This document shows positions 8,556 through 17,743 of a DNA stretch of 63,334 nt, in pieces. The notes below the pieces were generated by a model that had not been told where the DNA came from, ran no database searches, and saw only the letters and a list, made by a program, of their open reading frames with translations. Each line of letters opens with the position of its first letter. Position 1 is the stretch's first letter. A program made the position numbers and the translations under genes. Source of the DNA: Acutalibacteraceae bacterium (GTDB taxonomy: Bacteria > Bacillota > Clostridia > Oscillospirales > Acutalibacteraceae); contig JAZOVO010000094.1 of NCBI GenBank assembly GCA_045658745.1, positions 1 through 63,334 of the forward strand, given 5' to 3'.

Positions 8556-9095
8556 TTATTCGCCTTTACTTTCCTCTTTCTCCGCAAGTGAAGTATGGTT
8601 AAAGTCAGGTGCCTGAATAAGTCCGCTGAACTTCTGACCCCAGAGGTCTGCCCACTTTTCACAGTAAACTGCACTGTAGGGTACGTTGTTCTTCTTTCTG
8701 TAGCCTGCAAAGCAGTTGCACCAGATAACTGAAGGAAGTGCAATTACAAAATAGTAAAGGGGGCCGAGAAGAAGGCACTGCCAGGTGTGGCCGTACTCGT
8801 GAATTCTGCAGTTGTATGCCCAGGTTTTGCTTTTGGGCTGGTCTTTAATGAAAATAAAGAGTCCCATTGAAAGTCCGCCGCCGCTCCAGGGCATATAAAC
8901 TATTTTTGAATAGCCGAAATGCTGCCAGCGGTAGCCCTTGATTTTTGTGAAGAACAGGAACATAAGTCCGCCTACAAGGTTAACGGGAAGACCCCAAGTC
9001 CACTGAATGAGATAGAAAACGAAGTCCTTTACGGAGTTAAGGAAGCTTTTTTCCTTCTTGGGGGGCTCTTTTACTGAAATATCAATTTTCTGCAT
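8556..9095 (-). CDS. Membrane protein with HExxH motif (putative metallopeptidase-like)
   Basis: 179 aa with several hydrophobic segments and the motif IHEYGHTWQ. Last gene of the GH-TraX-GPH string. Confidence 0.5.
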   Translation of the reverse strand: MQKIDISVKEPPKKEKSFLNSVKDFVFYLIQWTWGLPVNLVGGLMFLFFTKIKGYRWQHFGYSKIVYMPWSGGGLSMGLFIFIKDQPKSKTWAYNCRIHEYGHTWQCLLLGPLYYFVIALPSVIWCNCFAGYRKKNNVPYSAVYCEKWADLWGQKFSGLIQAPDFNHTSLAEKEESKGE

Positions 9096-9111
9096 AGTAA
9101 AATCTCCTTTA

Positions 9112-10851
9112 TTATTCGCCGAGAGCGTCTCTTACCTTTTCAAGTGAAGCCTTTGCAGCGTCAACCTCGTCAAGCTTCTTGCCTGCTCTGATTGCTGCCA
9201 TTTCAGCTTCCTTTTCAAGAAGAATGTCATACTCGCCGCTTTCGTTTGCCTCGATGCCGTGAGCTTCACCCTCGTTATTCTGACCGAGCCAGGTCTTTTC
9301 AAATTTCTGACCTGTAATATTTTCAACAACCTTAATCTGCTCGGCGGTAAGTGTAACGTTGCCGTACTTGTGCTTTGTAGCAATTGCTGCGCATATCATT
9401 CTGTGGTCGCCCTTGTTCATCTGGAATTTGTGAAGAAGGAACAGAGAGATAAGTGTGCATACAATGGGGATAATTGCAACGCAAAGACGTACGCCTAAAA
9501 GTGCACTGTCGGACTGCTGGTAAAGTAAGCCCGTTGAGTTTTCATAGTCTGTAACCTCGCTGCCGGTTGCAAGACCGAAGGCACCGAGAATAACAAGCAC
9601 AAGGCTCTGAACACTTGTTGAAACGCAGGTCTTGATGAGGGTGTTGAAGGTGCCGATAACGCCCTCACGTCTTCTGCCGGTAATTGCCTCGTCGATGTCG
9701 GAAATGTCAGGGAAAATATTTGTGGCGGTATAGCCGATACCTGATTTACCGAAGGGATAGAACAGAGCACCGAGCATAAGGATAACAGTCCAGATAATCG
9801 AACCGCTGTTTTTGTCGGTGGGGTTCATAAGCAGACAGATGGCAAAGCCTAAAATCATAAGAGGCGTAACAACATTAGCACACTTTTTCTTGCCATGCTT
9901 CATTGTCATAGCGTAGTTGAAGGGGAAGGCAGAGGTTTCTGCTGCACCCTCGACTATGGTGAAAATGCCGTAAAGTCTGATAAGACGTGCAATGTATCTG
10001 ATGTAGAATACAAGTGATGAACGGTAGAAGTTGCAGGCGGTGTTGTAGAAAAGGCTCATAGTGAAATACTGTCTGAAGGCCTTGTTCTTAATAACAAGAG
10101 CATATTCTCTTAAGAAATATTTCAGGTCAAACTTCTCAAGCACAAGGTCGAGAGAGGGCTTTTCTCTTGTCTTTCTGAAGGTGTAGATAAGGCTGAAGGT
10201 GTATACCACCGCGAGTATAATACCTACAAGAAGCATCGGGAATTCCGCTCCGCTTTCAGGATCGTCAAAGCCGAATATCTTAAGAACAATCATAGTAAGG
10301 ATGAATGACGGGAACATACCTACGGAGTTGAATATGTAGCCGACGGAGTTGTACTGAGTTCTTAAGTCGTAATCGGGTGCAAGCTCGGGAAGCATTGCAA
10401 CGTGGGGAACGTCAACGAAGGAGTAAGCCGTTTTGTAAAGCAGGTAAATTGCCGTGAAGTAAATGATAGCCTGTATGGGTCTTTCTCTGCCGTCGAGTCC
10501 GTAAGAGTTCCAGAGCAAGGCAAAGCTGACAGCGTAAAGCGGCGTAGCCCAGAGGATATATCTTCTGTGTCTGCCGTACTTTGAACGGGTTCTGTCGGTT
10601 ATGATGCCGATAAACGGGTCAATAACCGCATCCCATATACCTGCAATAAAGGTGACAATTGCAGCCTGCTCGGGCTTAAGGTCTACAACACCTGTCAGGA
10701 AAAGGCTGAAATAAAGGCTGATTACGTAGCCTGAGCCTGAGGTGGTGATGTTCGCTGAGCTGTAGTTGATCATGGGTACAACGTCTTTTTTGAAGGTACC
10801 CTTGACACCTATCACCTTAAGGATTTTCTGTTCTAAGGTCAATAAGAACAC
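9112..10851 (-). CDS. GPH-family (MFS_2) glycoside/cation symporter with ~110-aa charged C-terminal tail
   Basis: 579 aa. GPH signature DAVIDPFIGIITDRTRSKYGRHRRY, about 12 TM segments. Start uncertain (GTG 10851 or TTG 10842). Confidence 0.8.
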   Translation of the reverse strand: MFLLTLEQKILKVIGVKGTFKKDVVPMINYSSANITTSGSGYVISLYFSLFLTGVVDLKPEQAAIVTFIAGIWDAVIDPFIGIITDRTRSKYGRHRRYILWATPLYAVSFALLWNSYGLDGRERPIQAIIYFTAIYLLYKTAYSFVDVPHVAMLPELAPDYDLRTQYNSVGYIFNSVGMFPSFILTMIVLKIFGFDDPESGAEFPMLLVGIILAVVYTFSLIYTFRKTREKPSLDLVLEKFDLKYFLREYALVIKNKAFRQYFTMSLFYNTACNFYRSSLVFYIRYIARLIRLYGIFTIVEGAAETSAFPFNYAMTMKHGKKKCANVVTPLMILGFAICLLMNPTDKNSGSIIWTVILMLGALFYPFGKSGIGYTATNIFPDISDIDEAITGRRREGVIGTFNTLIKTCVSTSVQSLVLVILGAFGLATGSEVTDYENSTGLLYQQSDSALLGVRLCVAIIPIVCTLISLFLLHKFQMNKGDHRMICAAIATKHKYGNVTLTAEQIKVVENITGQKFEKTWLGQNNEGEAHGIEANESGEYDILLEKEAEMAAIRAGKKLDEVDAAKASLEKVRDALGE

Positions 10852-10966
10852 CTCTGCTTTCTATAATATTTATATATGCTCTAATACTTTACCATTTTAA
10901 GGGCGCAAAGTCAAGGAAAAGCAAGCTTTTATAACAAAATTCACCCTTTTTAAAAGAGATGTTCAC

Positions 10967-11674
10967 TTACAGGAAATATGAGATAACATAAAGCACCGCA
11001 AGGTGGAGGGGATAAAAAAGGTAAAAGGCATACTTCAGGTTGAGCTTTCCCGCTTTGCCGTTGTAAAAGCAAAGGGGAATGAGGGCACAAAGGGCACAGA
11101 CCGTCCACGCGGGGTCGGAGTAATCAAAGGAAAGCACACACAGCACAAGCCCCGCTGCGAAGGTGATAAGCTTTTTGCCCTTGTCCTTTGTTGTGCAGGC
11201 AAAAAGGGGCAGAATTATTCCGCCGAGTCCGTAGTCAAAGGTAATGGGAATTACGCCCTCTTTTCCGAGATAGCATATTATTACAATAACCGTAAGCACA
11301 AGGCCGAGGATAAAATTCTCCTTACCTTTTTTGTGTTTACCCTCTTTGTCAAAGCAGTTAAGAAACGCCGAGCAAAGCACAATTGAGACAGAAAATGTCA
11401 GCAATATATTGAGATAAAAGGGGTCACCGCTTTTCATAATCAGATATTCAAGCACATAAACCGCCTGACAGATAAGTCCGAGAATAAAAAGGCGCAGCAG
11501 ATATTTTTTTCTGTCTCTTGTGTAAAGACAGCCCTCGCCTATGAAAAATGCGAAAATCGGCATAGCGAGTCTGCCGAGGTAGCGTAAAACTGCAGCCTCG
11601 GGGAAAAGCAGATAGCCGATATGGTCAATGAGCATTGAAATGCAGGCGATTACTTTAAGAGTGTTTCTTGTCAT
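10967..11674 (-). CDS. TraX-family membrane protein
   Basis: 235 aa from ATG 11674 (RBS GAGGT). LKVIACISMLIDHIG is typical of the TraX family. Confidence 0.75.
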   Translation of the reverse strand: MTRNTLKVIACISMLIDHIGYLLFPEAAVLRYLGRLAMPIFAFFIGEGCLYTRDRKKYLLRLFILGLICQAVYVLEYLIMKSGDPFYLNILLTFSVSIVLCSAFLNCFDKEGKHKKGKENFILGLVLTVIVIICYLGKEGVIPITFDYGLGGIILPLFACTTKDKGKKLITFAAGLVLCVLSFDYSDPAWTVCALCALIPLCFYNGKAGKLNLKYAFYLFYPLHLAVLYVISYFL

Positions 11675-11739
11675 ACAGTACCTCATTAAAATGGGCTGTT
11701 GAAGGAATTTCAACAGCCCCCGTGAATTTGTGAGTCAAT

Positions 11740-12993
11740 TTATTCAGCCGTGAAGGCATCCTTTACGGCGTAGTATGCGGGCTTCGGATTGCCGTCACAG
11801 TCAACGAGTCCCCAGCCTGTTTCAACGGGACATTCAGCCTGACCGCAGACATAGCAGTCATCACTGTCCTCCCAGCAGTAAATTACGGTGCCTATGATGA
11901 AATCAAGCTCCTTGAATCTGGGGATAAGGTCGGTGTAGAATTTTGCCTGACCCTCGGGCGTGTGGTCGTAGCCGTTGAGGTAGAAGCCGTCGGGAAGTGC
12001 GCAGTAGAAGTGAGATTTGTACTCGCCCCTGAACAGCAGATTGCCGTATTGCTCGGCGGTGTAATCGGGATAGATTTCCTTGAGCTCCTCGCCCATATCG
12101 GCAGGAAGCTTTTCGATGAAATTATCCATATCGGCAATTGCCTCGGCCTCGCTGTTGTAGCCGTACTGCTGAAGAATTGCAGTCTTCTCTGCCTCGGTTT
12201 TCTGCTTGCCGTTGCCGATGTAGCCGAACTCGCAGACGATGATGGGCTTACGGGTAATCTTTCTTACAAAGCCCATAACTGCAAGGTACTGGTCAAGCTC
12301 CTTGGTGATATCCTCAAAGGAGCCGAGGTAAAGGTCAACACCGACATAGTCGCAGTAATCGTGCCATTTCATAAGCTTAAAGGGAAGTGTAACAATTGCA
12401 GGACCTCCAAGGTTGTAGCCGACGATGATGTCGCCCTTGACCTCGTTCATAGCTTCAAGCTGAATACCGATAAACTCTGCAGCCTCATCAAGGGTGAGGG
12501 GGTAGGTGAAGCGGTCAATGCCCATTTCGTTTGTAACCTGAATCGCACCAACGATACCGCGAAGATCCTCACAGTAAAATTTTGCAATTTCCTGAATTCT
12601 TTCCTTCGAGGCTTCCTCTCTCGGGTCAAGACCGACCTCGATGTAATCCTCGGGATAGGGGGTGACTGCGAAAATGCGGATGCCGTTGTCGGCGTATTCC
12701 TTCATTTCAGCCTTCCATTCGAGGTAACGGGGGCGGATGTTGCCCTCTGCGTCAAAGGGGAAGGGGATATCCTTTCTTGTCCAGGTGATGCCTGCCTCCT
12801 TCATCATTTCGTAGTCGCCGTCGGCGTGGCAGACACCCTGCATAAAGCCGCCGATTTTTTCTTCAGCAGCAATACACTCTCTGTCGAATTTTGCAAGAGG
12901 CTCAAAGGTCATGCTTCCCGCAAGCACGGGAGTGAGAAGAGAAAGCACAATAACAAGCACCTTTTTCATAAAAGCTAAAAATTTGTCACTCAT
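11740..12993 (-). CDS. Secreted/anchored TIM-barrel glycoside hydrolase-like protein (clan GH-A-like)
   Basis: 417 aa with an N-terminal hydrophobic signal/anchor. Candidate acid/base VTNEMG and nucleophile VCEFGY. GH family not assignable by eye. Confidence 0.5.
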   Translation of the reverse strand: MSDKFLAFMKKVLVIVLSLLTPVLAGSMTFEPLAKFDRECIAAEEKIGGFMQGVCHADGDYEMMKEAGITWTRKDIPFPFDAEGNIRPRYLEWKAEMKEYADNGIRIFAVTPYPEDYIEVGLDPREEASKERIQEIAKFYCEDLRGIVGAIQVTNEMGIDRFTYPLTLDEAAEFIGIQLEAMNEVKGDIIVGYNLGGPAIVTLPFKLMKWHDYCDYVGVDLYLGSFEDITKELDQYLAVMGFVRKITRKPIIVCEFGYIGNGKQKTEAEKTAILQQYGYNSEAEAIADMDNFIEKLPADMGEELKEIYPDYTAEQYGNLLFRGEYKSHFYCALPDGFYLNGYDHTPEGQAKFYTDLIPRFKELDFIIGTVIYCWEDSDDCYVCGQAECPVETGWGLVDCDGNPKPAYYAVKDAFTAE

Positions 12994-13146
12994 ATTTTTT
13001 CTCCTTCTGATTTTGCTTTATTGCTAAAAAAGCTTTATAAATTAAGTTTACCACTTGTTCGTTCCGCTTTCAAGAGATATCAGAAAAATGTTTGTACAAA
13101 AGATGTGATTTTGCACATAAATTATACTCAAACATAGTTTTTTTTA

Positions 13147-13175
13147 TTGACTGTTACGGAGAATGGGGGTATAAT
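13147..13175 (+). promoter_or_regulatory. sigma-A-type promoter of the enoate reductase/AcnX operon
   Basis: TTGACT (13147-13152), 17-nt spacer, TATAAT (13170-13175). Confidence 0.7.
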
Positions 13176-13242
13176 GTATCCGTGTAATTTTATACAAAAG
13201 CAAGGGCGGAAAATCCGCCCGCAAAAACAAGGAGGCTAATTC

Positions 13243-15507
13243 ATGAAGAAAGACAAAAAAATTCAGGACCTGATGGATTTCTACGGTGAATGGTTCAACG
13301 ACGGAAAAACCCTTGAAAAGGGCAAAATGACACAGAGCCTTTACCCCTATGAAAGCATCTTCTCACCCATTCAGGTCGGTAAGCTGACAATCAAAAACAG
13401 ACTTGTAATGGCTCCCATGGGTAACATTTCAATGTGCGACGAAACAGGCCGTCCCAACGAAAAGATGATTGCCTATTTCACCGAAAGAGCAAAGGGCGGT
13501 GTAGGTCTTATCACAACGGGTCTTGTTCCCGTTTCCCACGGTCTTGACCACACAATCACCGAGCTTGACAAGCTTACATACTTCCCCCGCCTTGACAGAA
13601 GCCGTACCTGCTATGCCGGCTGGCGTGATCTTTCCGCAAACATCCATTCCTACGGCGCAAGAGTGTTCATTCAGGTTACTCCCGGTCTCGGCCGAGTAGG
13701 TAACCCCCAGTGCCTTGTCAATTCAATGAAGCTTCCTCAGTCCGCTTCAATGAATCCGAGCTGGTATATGCCTCAGGTGCCCTGTATTCCTATGAGCGCA
13801 ATGAAGCTCAACAAGATTATCAATAACATCGGTCAGTGTGCCGCCGACGCAAAGGCAATGAACATTGACGGTGTATATCTCCACGGTCACGAGGGCTACC
13901 TTATGGAGCAGCTCACCAACCCCGCCTTCAACCGCCGCCTTATGGGTCCCTTCAAGGACTGGCAGGCATTCGGTATCAAGACAATCAAGAAAATCCGTGA
14001 GCGCTGCGGTAAGAACTTCCCCATTATGTACCGTATCGACCTTTCACTTGCACTCAACGAGACCTACGGCGACAAGATGAACACCGTTTCCTCACTCAGG
14101 AAGTTCAGAAACGGCAGAACTATCGCTATGACTCTCGATTATATGAAGAACCTTGTTGAAGCAGGCGTTGATATGTTCGACGTTGACCTTGGCTGCTACG
14201 ACAACTGGTGGCTTCCCCATCCTCCCGGATCAATGCCTCCCGGCTGCTTCCTTGATATTGCAAAAATTGCAAAGGACTACTTCAAGGAAAACAACATCGT
14301 GTCAAACCTCGGCGTACCCGTTCCCGTTGTAGCTGTAGGTAAGCTCGGCTATCCCGACCTTGCAGAGCAGGCTCTCCGCGACGAAAAGTGCGATATGGTC
14401 ATGCTCGGACGTCCTCTTCTTGCTGACCCCGAATGGCCCAACAAGGCAAGAACGGGCAGAGTAAAGGAAATCATTCCCTGCATCGGCTGTCAGGAGGCCT
14501 GCCTCAATGAGTTTGTTGAGGGCGGACATCCCCAGTGTGCAGTTAACCCGAGAACGGCCTTTGAAGAGGTTTATCCGAAGCAGCCTCCCAAGGCAGAAAA
14601 GGCTCTTAAGGTTGCCGTTATCGGTGCAGGCCCCGCAGGTGTTGAATGTGCCGTTACCGCAGCTATGAGAGGTCACGATGTAACAATCCTTGAAAAGAGC
14701 GACCGTATCGGCGGACGTCTCAATCCCGGCTCAAAGCCCGGTATCAAGTTTGACATCGTCAACTATATTGAATTTATGAAAAACCGCCTCGAAAAAGCTG
14801 AAAAGGAATACGGCCTTAAGGTTAAGCTCGGCACAGAAGCAACTCCCGAGCTTCTTAAAAAGGGCAAGTATGATAAGGTTGTTGTTTCCGCAGGTACAAA
14901 GGACGTTGTTCTTCCCGTTGCAGGTGTTGATAAGAACAAGTGGTATCAGGCAGTTGATATCCTTGAGCATCCCGAAAAAATCAAGGATGCAAAGAAGGTT
15001 GTTGTTATCGGCGGCGGTGTTGTAGGCTGTGAGACCGCTTACTTCCTTAATAAGGAGCACGGCAAGGAAGCAACCGTTGTTGAAATGACAGAGTATATGA
15101 TGAATCATACCTGTACCGCAAACCGCGGCTACCTTCTTAAATATATGTACGATTCAGGCGTTAAGCTCTTTAACTGCACAAAGCTCCTTTCAATTGAGGA
15201 CAAGGGCGTAAAGGTGCTTCGCAATATGGATAAGTCAGTTCCCAATCCCTACCTTACCTGGAATCCCATCCTTCCCGAAAACGTGCTCAATCCTCTTGCA
15301 CCGAAGGTAAAGGAAAAGAACGAGGAGCAGTTTATCGAGGCTGATGCAATCATTATGGCAGCCGGCGGCAGACCCGACGAAAACCTCTTCCTTGACATTC
15401 AGCAGAAGTGTCCCGAAATTGAGGTTTACAACATCGGTGACTCCTTCAAGGGCGGCAAGGTGTTTGAGGCTACAAAGTCAGGCTATAACTGTGCACTTAA
15501 TTTATAA
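13243..15507 (+). CDS. 2-enoate / 2,4-dienoyl-CoA reductase-family flavoenzyme (OYE barrel + 4Fe-4S + FAD/NAD(P) domains)
   Basis: 754 aa. N-terminal OYE-like barrel, Cys cluster CIGCQEACL..C, then VIGAGPAG and VIGGGVVG dinucleotide folds. Confidence 0.8.
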   Translation: MKKDKKIQDLMDFYGEWFNDGKTLEKGKMTQSLYPYESIFSPIQVGKLTIKNRLVMAPMGNISMCDETGRPNEKMIAYFTERAKGGVGLITTGLVPVSHGLDHTITELDKLTYFPRLDRSRTCYAGWRDLSANIHSYGARVFIQVTPGLGRVGNPQCLVNSMKLPQSASMNPSWYMPQVPCIPMSAMKLNKIINNIGQCAADAKAMNIDGVYLHGHEGYLMEQLTNPAFNRRLMGPFKDWQAFGIKTIKKIRERCGKNFPIMYRIDLSLALNETYGDKMNTVSSLRKFRNGRTIAMTLDYMKNLVEAGVDMFDVDLGCYDNWWLPHPPGSMPPGCFLDIAKIAKDYFKENNIVSNLGVPVPVVAVGKLGYPDLAEQALRDEKCDMVMLGRPLLADPEWPNKARTGRVKEIIPCIGCQEACLNEFVEGGHPQCAVNPRTAFEEVYPKQPPKAEKALKVAVIGAGPAGVECAVTAAMRGHDVTILEKSDRIGGRLNPGSKPGIKFDIVNYIEFMKNRLEKAEKEYGLKVKLGTEATPELLKKGKYDKVVVSAGTKDVVLPVAGVDKNKWYQAVDILEHPEKIKDAKKVVVIGGGVVGCETAYFLNKEHGKEATVVEMTEYMMNHTCTANRGYLLKYMYDSGVKLFNCTKLLSIEDKGVKVLRNMDKSVPNPYLTWNPILPENVLNPLAPKVKEKNEEQFIEADAIIMAAGGRPDENLFLDIQQKCPEIEVYNIGDSFKGGKVFEATKSGYNCALNL

Positions 15508-15531
15508 GTAGTCAGGGTGGCGAAGCCCTTC

Positions 15532-15769
15532 AAATGCAAAGTGTAAAATGCAAAATGCAAAATGGAGGGTCGCTTCGCTCCGATTATATCCGCTTTAATG
15601 TTGTACTGAATTTCAGCATTACTCCACCTGACCACATTATGAATAAAATTATTATAATTTTCACACCTGCAGTTTAATGAAATCTGTATTTTGCGGGAAC
15701 AAAGTTTAATGTTTAACAAAACTGACCCGCGACCTTAATTTTGCATTTTGCACTTTGCATTTTGCATTT
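15532..15769 (+). mobile_element. MITE-like element with (AAATGC)n terminal inverted repeats, copy 1
   Basis: Left TIR AAATGCAAAGTGTAAAATGCAAAATGCAAAATG, right TIR its complement. Subterminal GGTCGC...GCGACC. Lies inside the apparent operon, between the reductase stop and the AcnX start. Confidence 0.8.
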
Positions 15770-15794
15770 AAAAATTATAAAGGAGAAACAACCT

Positions 15795-17087
15795 ATGGAA
15801 ACTAAAATGATCCTCACCGATGAGGAAAAAGCCATACTTAACGGTGAAAAAGGCGCAACCATGGCCAAGGTTATCAAAACTCTTATCCTTTACGGTGAAA
15901 CCTTCGGCGCAAAGCGCTTTGCAAGAGTTACCGCTCCCGGTCACCTTGTAACAAGCTTCGGTATTTCCGTGCTTTCACCCGTTTTCAATATCACTCAGGA
16001 GCTTATCGACGCAGGTCTCAAGGCAGAGATGCCCTTCACAGTAGACCCCCGTCCCATCGACTATAAGAACGTAAAGTGCAATCCCATTGAAAAGCTTATT
16101 TTCAATAACTTCCTTTACGGTATGCAGGAGGAGTATGAGCTTCAGCTTCGTCAGCTCGGCCTCAAGGATAAGAACGCCTTCACCTGCGCCTGCTACCTTG
16201 ACCAGGTTGGCAACACACCCAAAAAGGGCGACATTCTTTCCTGGGCAGAGTCCTCAGCCGTTGTTTATGCAAACAGCGTTATCGGCGCAAGGTGTAACCG
16301 CAACTCGGGTATTATCGAGCTTTTCGGTATGATTCTCGGCAAGGTGCCCGAATTTGACCTTCTCACCGATGAGGGCAGAAAGGCAAAATGGATTATCGAG
16401 GTCAAGACAACAAAGAAGCCCGAGGCACAGATTCTCGGCTCGGCAATCGGTCTTAAGGTTATGGAGGATGTTCCCTATATCAAGGGCCTTACCGATTTCA
16501 TCGGCACAGAGCTTGACGATGAAGCAAAGTCCTACCTTAAGGATATGGGTGCCGCAACGGCATCAAACGGTGCGGTTGGTCTTTACCACGTTGACGGACT
16601 TACTCCCGAGGCAGTTGAAATGGGCGAAAAGCTTATCAACAAGGATGCAAAGGTTTACGTGATTGACGATGCAGAGCTTGAAAGAGTAAAGGCATCCTAT
16701 CCCGTAATGTGGAAGGACGTTAACGGCAAGCCCGAACGCTGCTTCATCGGCTGTCCTCACCTGACTTATGCTCAGCTTCAGCAGTGGACTGCAAAATTTG
16801 AGGCAGAGCTCAAGCGTCAGGCAAAGACAAAGGTCGGTATGAAGACTATCTTCACCGCTGCTCCCGATGTTGTTGAGCAGTTCAAGGCTAAGGACAAGGC
16901 TACCTATGACAAGCTTACAGGAATGGGCATAAAGCTTACAAGCATCTGTCCGCTTATGTATATGAACAATCCTCTTTGCGGTAAGAAGAACGTTATCACA
17001 AACTCAAACAAGCTTCGTACATATACAACTTCACGCTACTTCACAGATGATGAAATCTGCACTATCGCAGTAAAGGGAGGTATATAA
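15795..17087 (+). CDS. Aconitase X catalytic (large) subunit, DUF521
   Basis: 430 aa from ATG 15795 (RBS AAAGGAG). The ORF-track start at 15741 lies in the MITE TIR. DUF521-like sequence throughout. Confidence 0.75.
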   Translation: METKMILTDEEKAILNGEKGATMAKVIKTLILYGETFGAKRFARVTAPGHLVTSFGISVLSPVFNITQELIDAGLKAEMPFTVDPRPIDYKNVKCNPIEKLIFNNFLYGMQEEYELQLRQLGLKDKNAFTCACYLDQVGNTPKKGDILSWAESSAVVYANSVIGARCNRNSGIIELFGMILGKVPEFDLLTDEGRKAKWIIEVKTTKKPEAQILGSAIGLKVMEDVPYIKGLTDFIGTELDDEAKSYLKDMGAATASNGAVGLYHVDGLTPEAVEMGEKLINKDAKVYVIDDAELERVKASYPVMWKDVNGKPERCFIGCPHLTYAQLQQWTAKFEAELKRQAKTKVGMKTIFTAAPDVVEQFKAKDKATYDKLTGMGIKLTSICPLMYMNNPLCGKKNVITNSNKLRTYTTSRYFTDDEICTIAVKGGI

Positions 17088-17089
17088 TC

Positions 17090-17533
17090 ATGGCAAAAGA
17101 ATTCAAAGGCCGTCCTGTTATTGCAGGCGAATGTACCGTTGAGGCTGTGGTATCCCACGGCGGCTTCAACACCCTTGCATCCTTCCAGAAGAGTGCCCTT
17201 GCAAGAAAGAAGGAGACAATTGTTTCCGACCAGAACAATGCTGACCTTTTCGGCAAAAATATTACAGGAAAGGCTCTCTGTCTTCCCAAGACAATCGGCT
17301 CAACAACGGGCGGTATGGTAATTTACACTGCAACCGCACTTAATATTCACCCGAGAGCAATGCTCTTCTCAGAGCCTATTGACTCACTTGCAGCGGCAGG
17401 CGTTATTCTTGCTGATGTATGGACAGATGACACTATTACTACTGTTGACAATCTCGGTCAGGAATTCCTTGATTATGTTCAGGACGGAATGATGATTGAG
17501 GTTAAGATGGACGGTACGGTTATTGTTAAGTAA
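17090..17533 (+). CDS. Aconitase X swivel (small) subunit, DUF126
   Basis: 147 aa. Starts 3 nt after the large-subunit stop. DUF126-like. Confidence 0.75.
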   Translation: MAKEFKGRPVIAGECTVEAVVSHGGFNTLASFQKSALARKKETIVSDQNNADLFGKNITGKALCLPKTIGSTTGGMVIYTATALNIHPRAMLFSEPIDSLAAAGVILADVWTDDTITTVDNLGQEFLDYVQDGMMIEVKMDGTVIVK

Positions 17534-17539
17534 GACAAG

Positions 17540-17592
17540 AAAAGTTTTTTGGTTACTTTTTTTCAAAAAAGTAACGCCCGACCGGCGAGGTC
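17540..17592 (+). repeat. SPE-A copy (variant ending CGCCCGACCGGCGAGGTC)
   Basis: Starts 7 nt after the AcnX small-subunit stop, sense orientation. Confidence 0.85.
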
Positions 17593-17610
17593 ATTAAACA
17601 AATTCATATC

Positions 17611-17665
17611 AAAAAAGTTAAGGTCACGGAATTCTTTATTATCTCCGTGACCTTATTTATTGTTT
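17611..17665. terminator. Bidirectional terminator hairpin between AcnX and ldh
   Basis: AAGGTCACGGA / TCCGTGACCTT stem with an A-run before and T-rich sequence after. Same architecture as 1752-1788. Confidence 0.6.
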
Positions 17666-17683
17666 TATTGTTTTATTGTTTTA

Positions 17684-17735
17684 TCGCTCGCCGCGGGGCT
17701 TTCTTTTCTTGGAAGAAAAGAAACAAAAGAACTTT
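17684..17735 (-). repeat. SPE-A copy
   Basis: Ends 8 nt from the ldh stop, sense to ldh. Hairpin stem variant TGTTTCTTTTCTT/AAGAAAAGAAAG. Confidence 0.85.
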
Positions 17736-17743
17736 GCTTGTTT

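Noticed and set aside
11962-12978. Long antisense ORFs inside real genes. Examples: 11962-12978 (338 aa) opposite the GH gene, 44157-45056 (299 aa) opposite the sulfatase, 48674-49177, 22631-23119 and 46539-47051.
   Set aside because: They lie opposite well-supported genes with clear family motifs. They have no RBS and the skewed composition typical of antisense frames.
15532-15564. CRISPR array. I considered the short tandem arrays (AAATGC)n, (AGTAGTC)n and (GGCCCTY)n and the CATCAT-hairpin arrays.
   Set aside because: Repeat units are 6-7 nt with no spacers, or 6-nt constant spacers with about 15-nt hairpins. There are no 25-40-nt repeat/spacer units and no cas genes.
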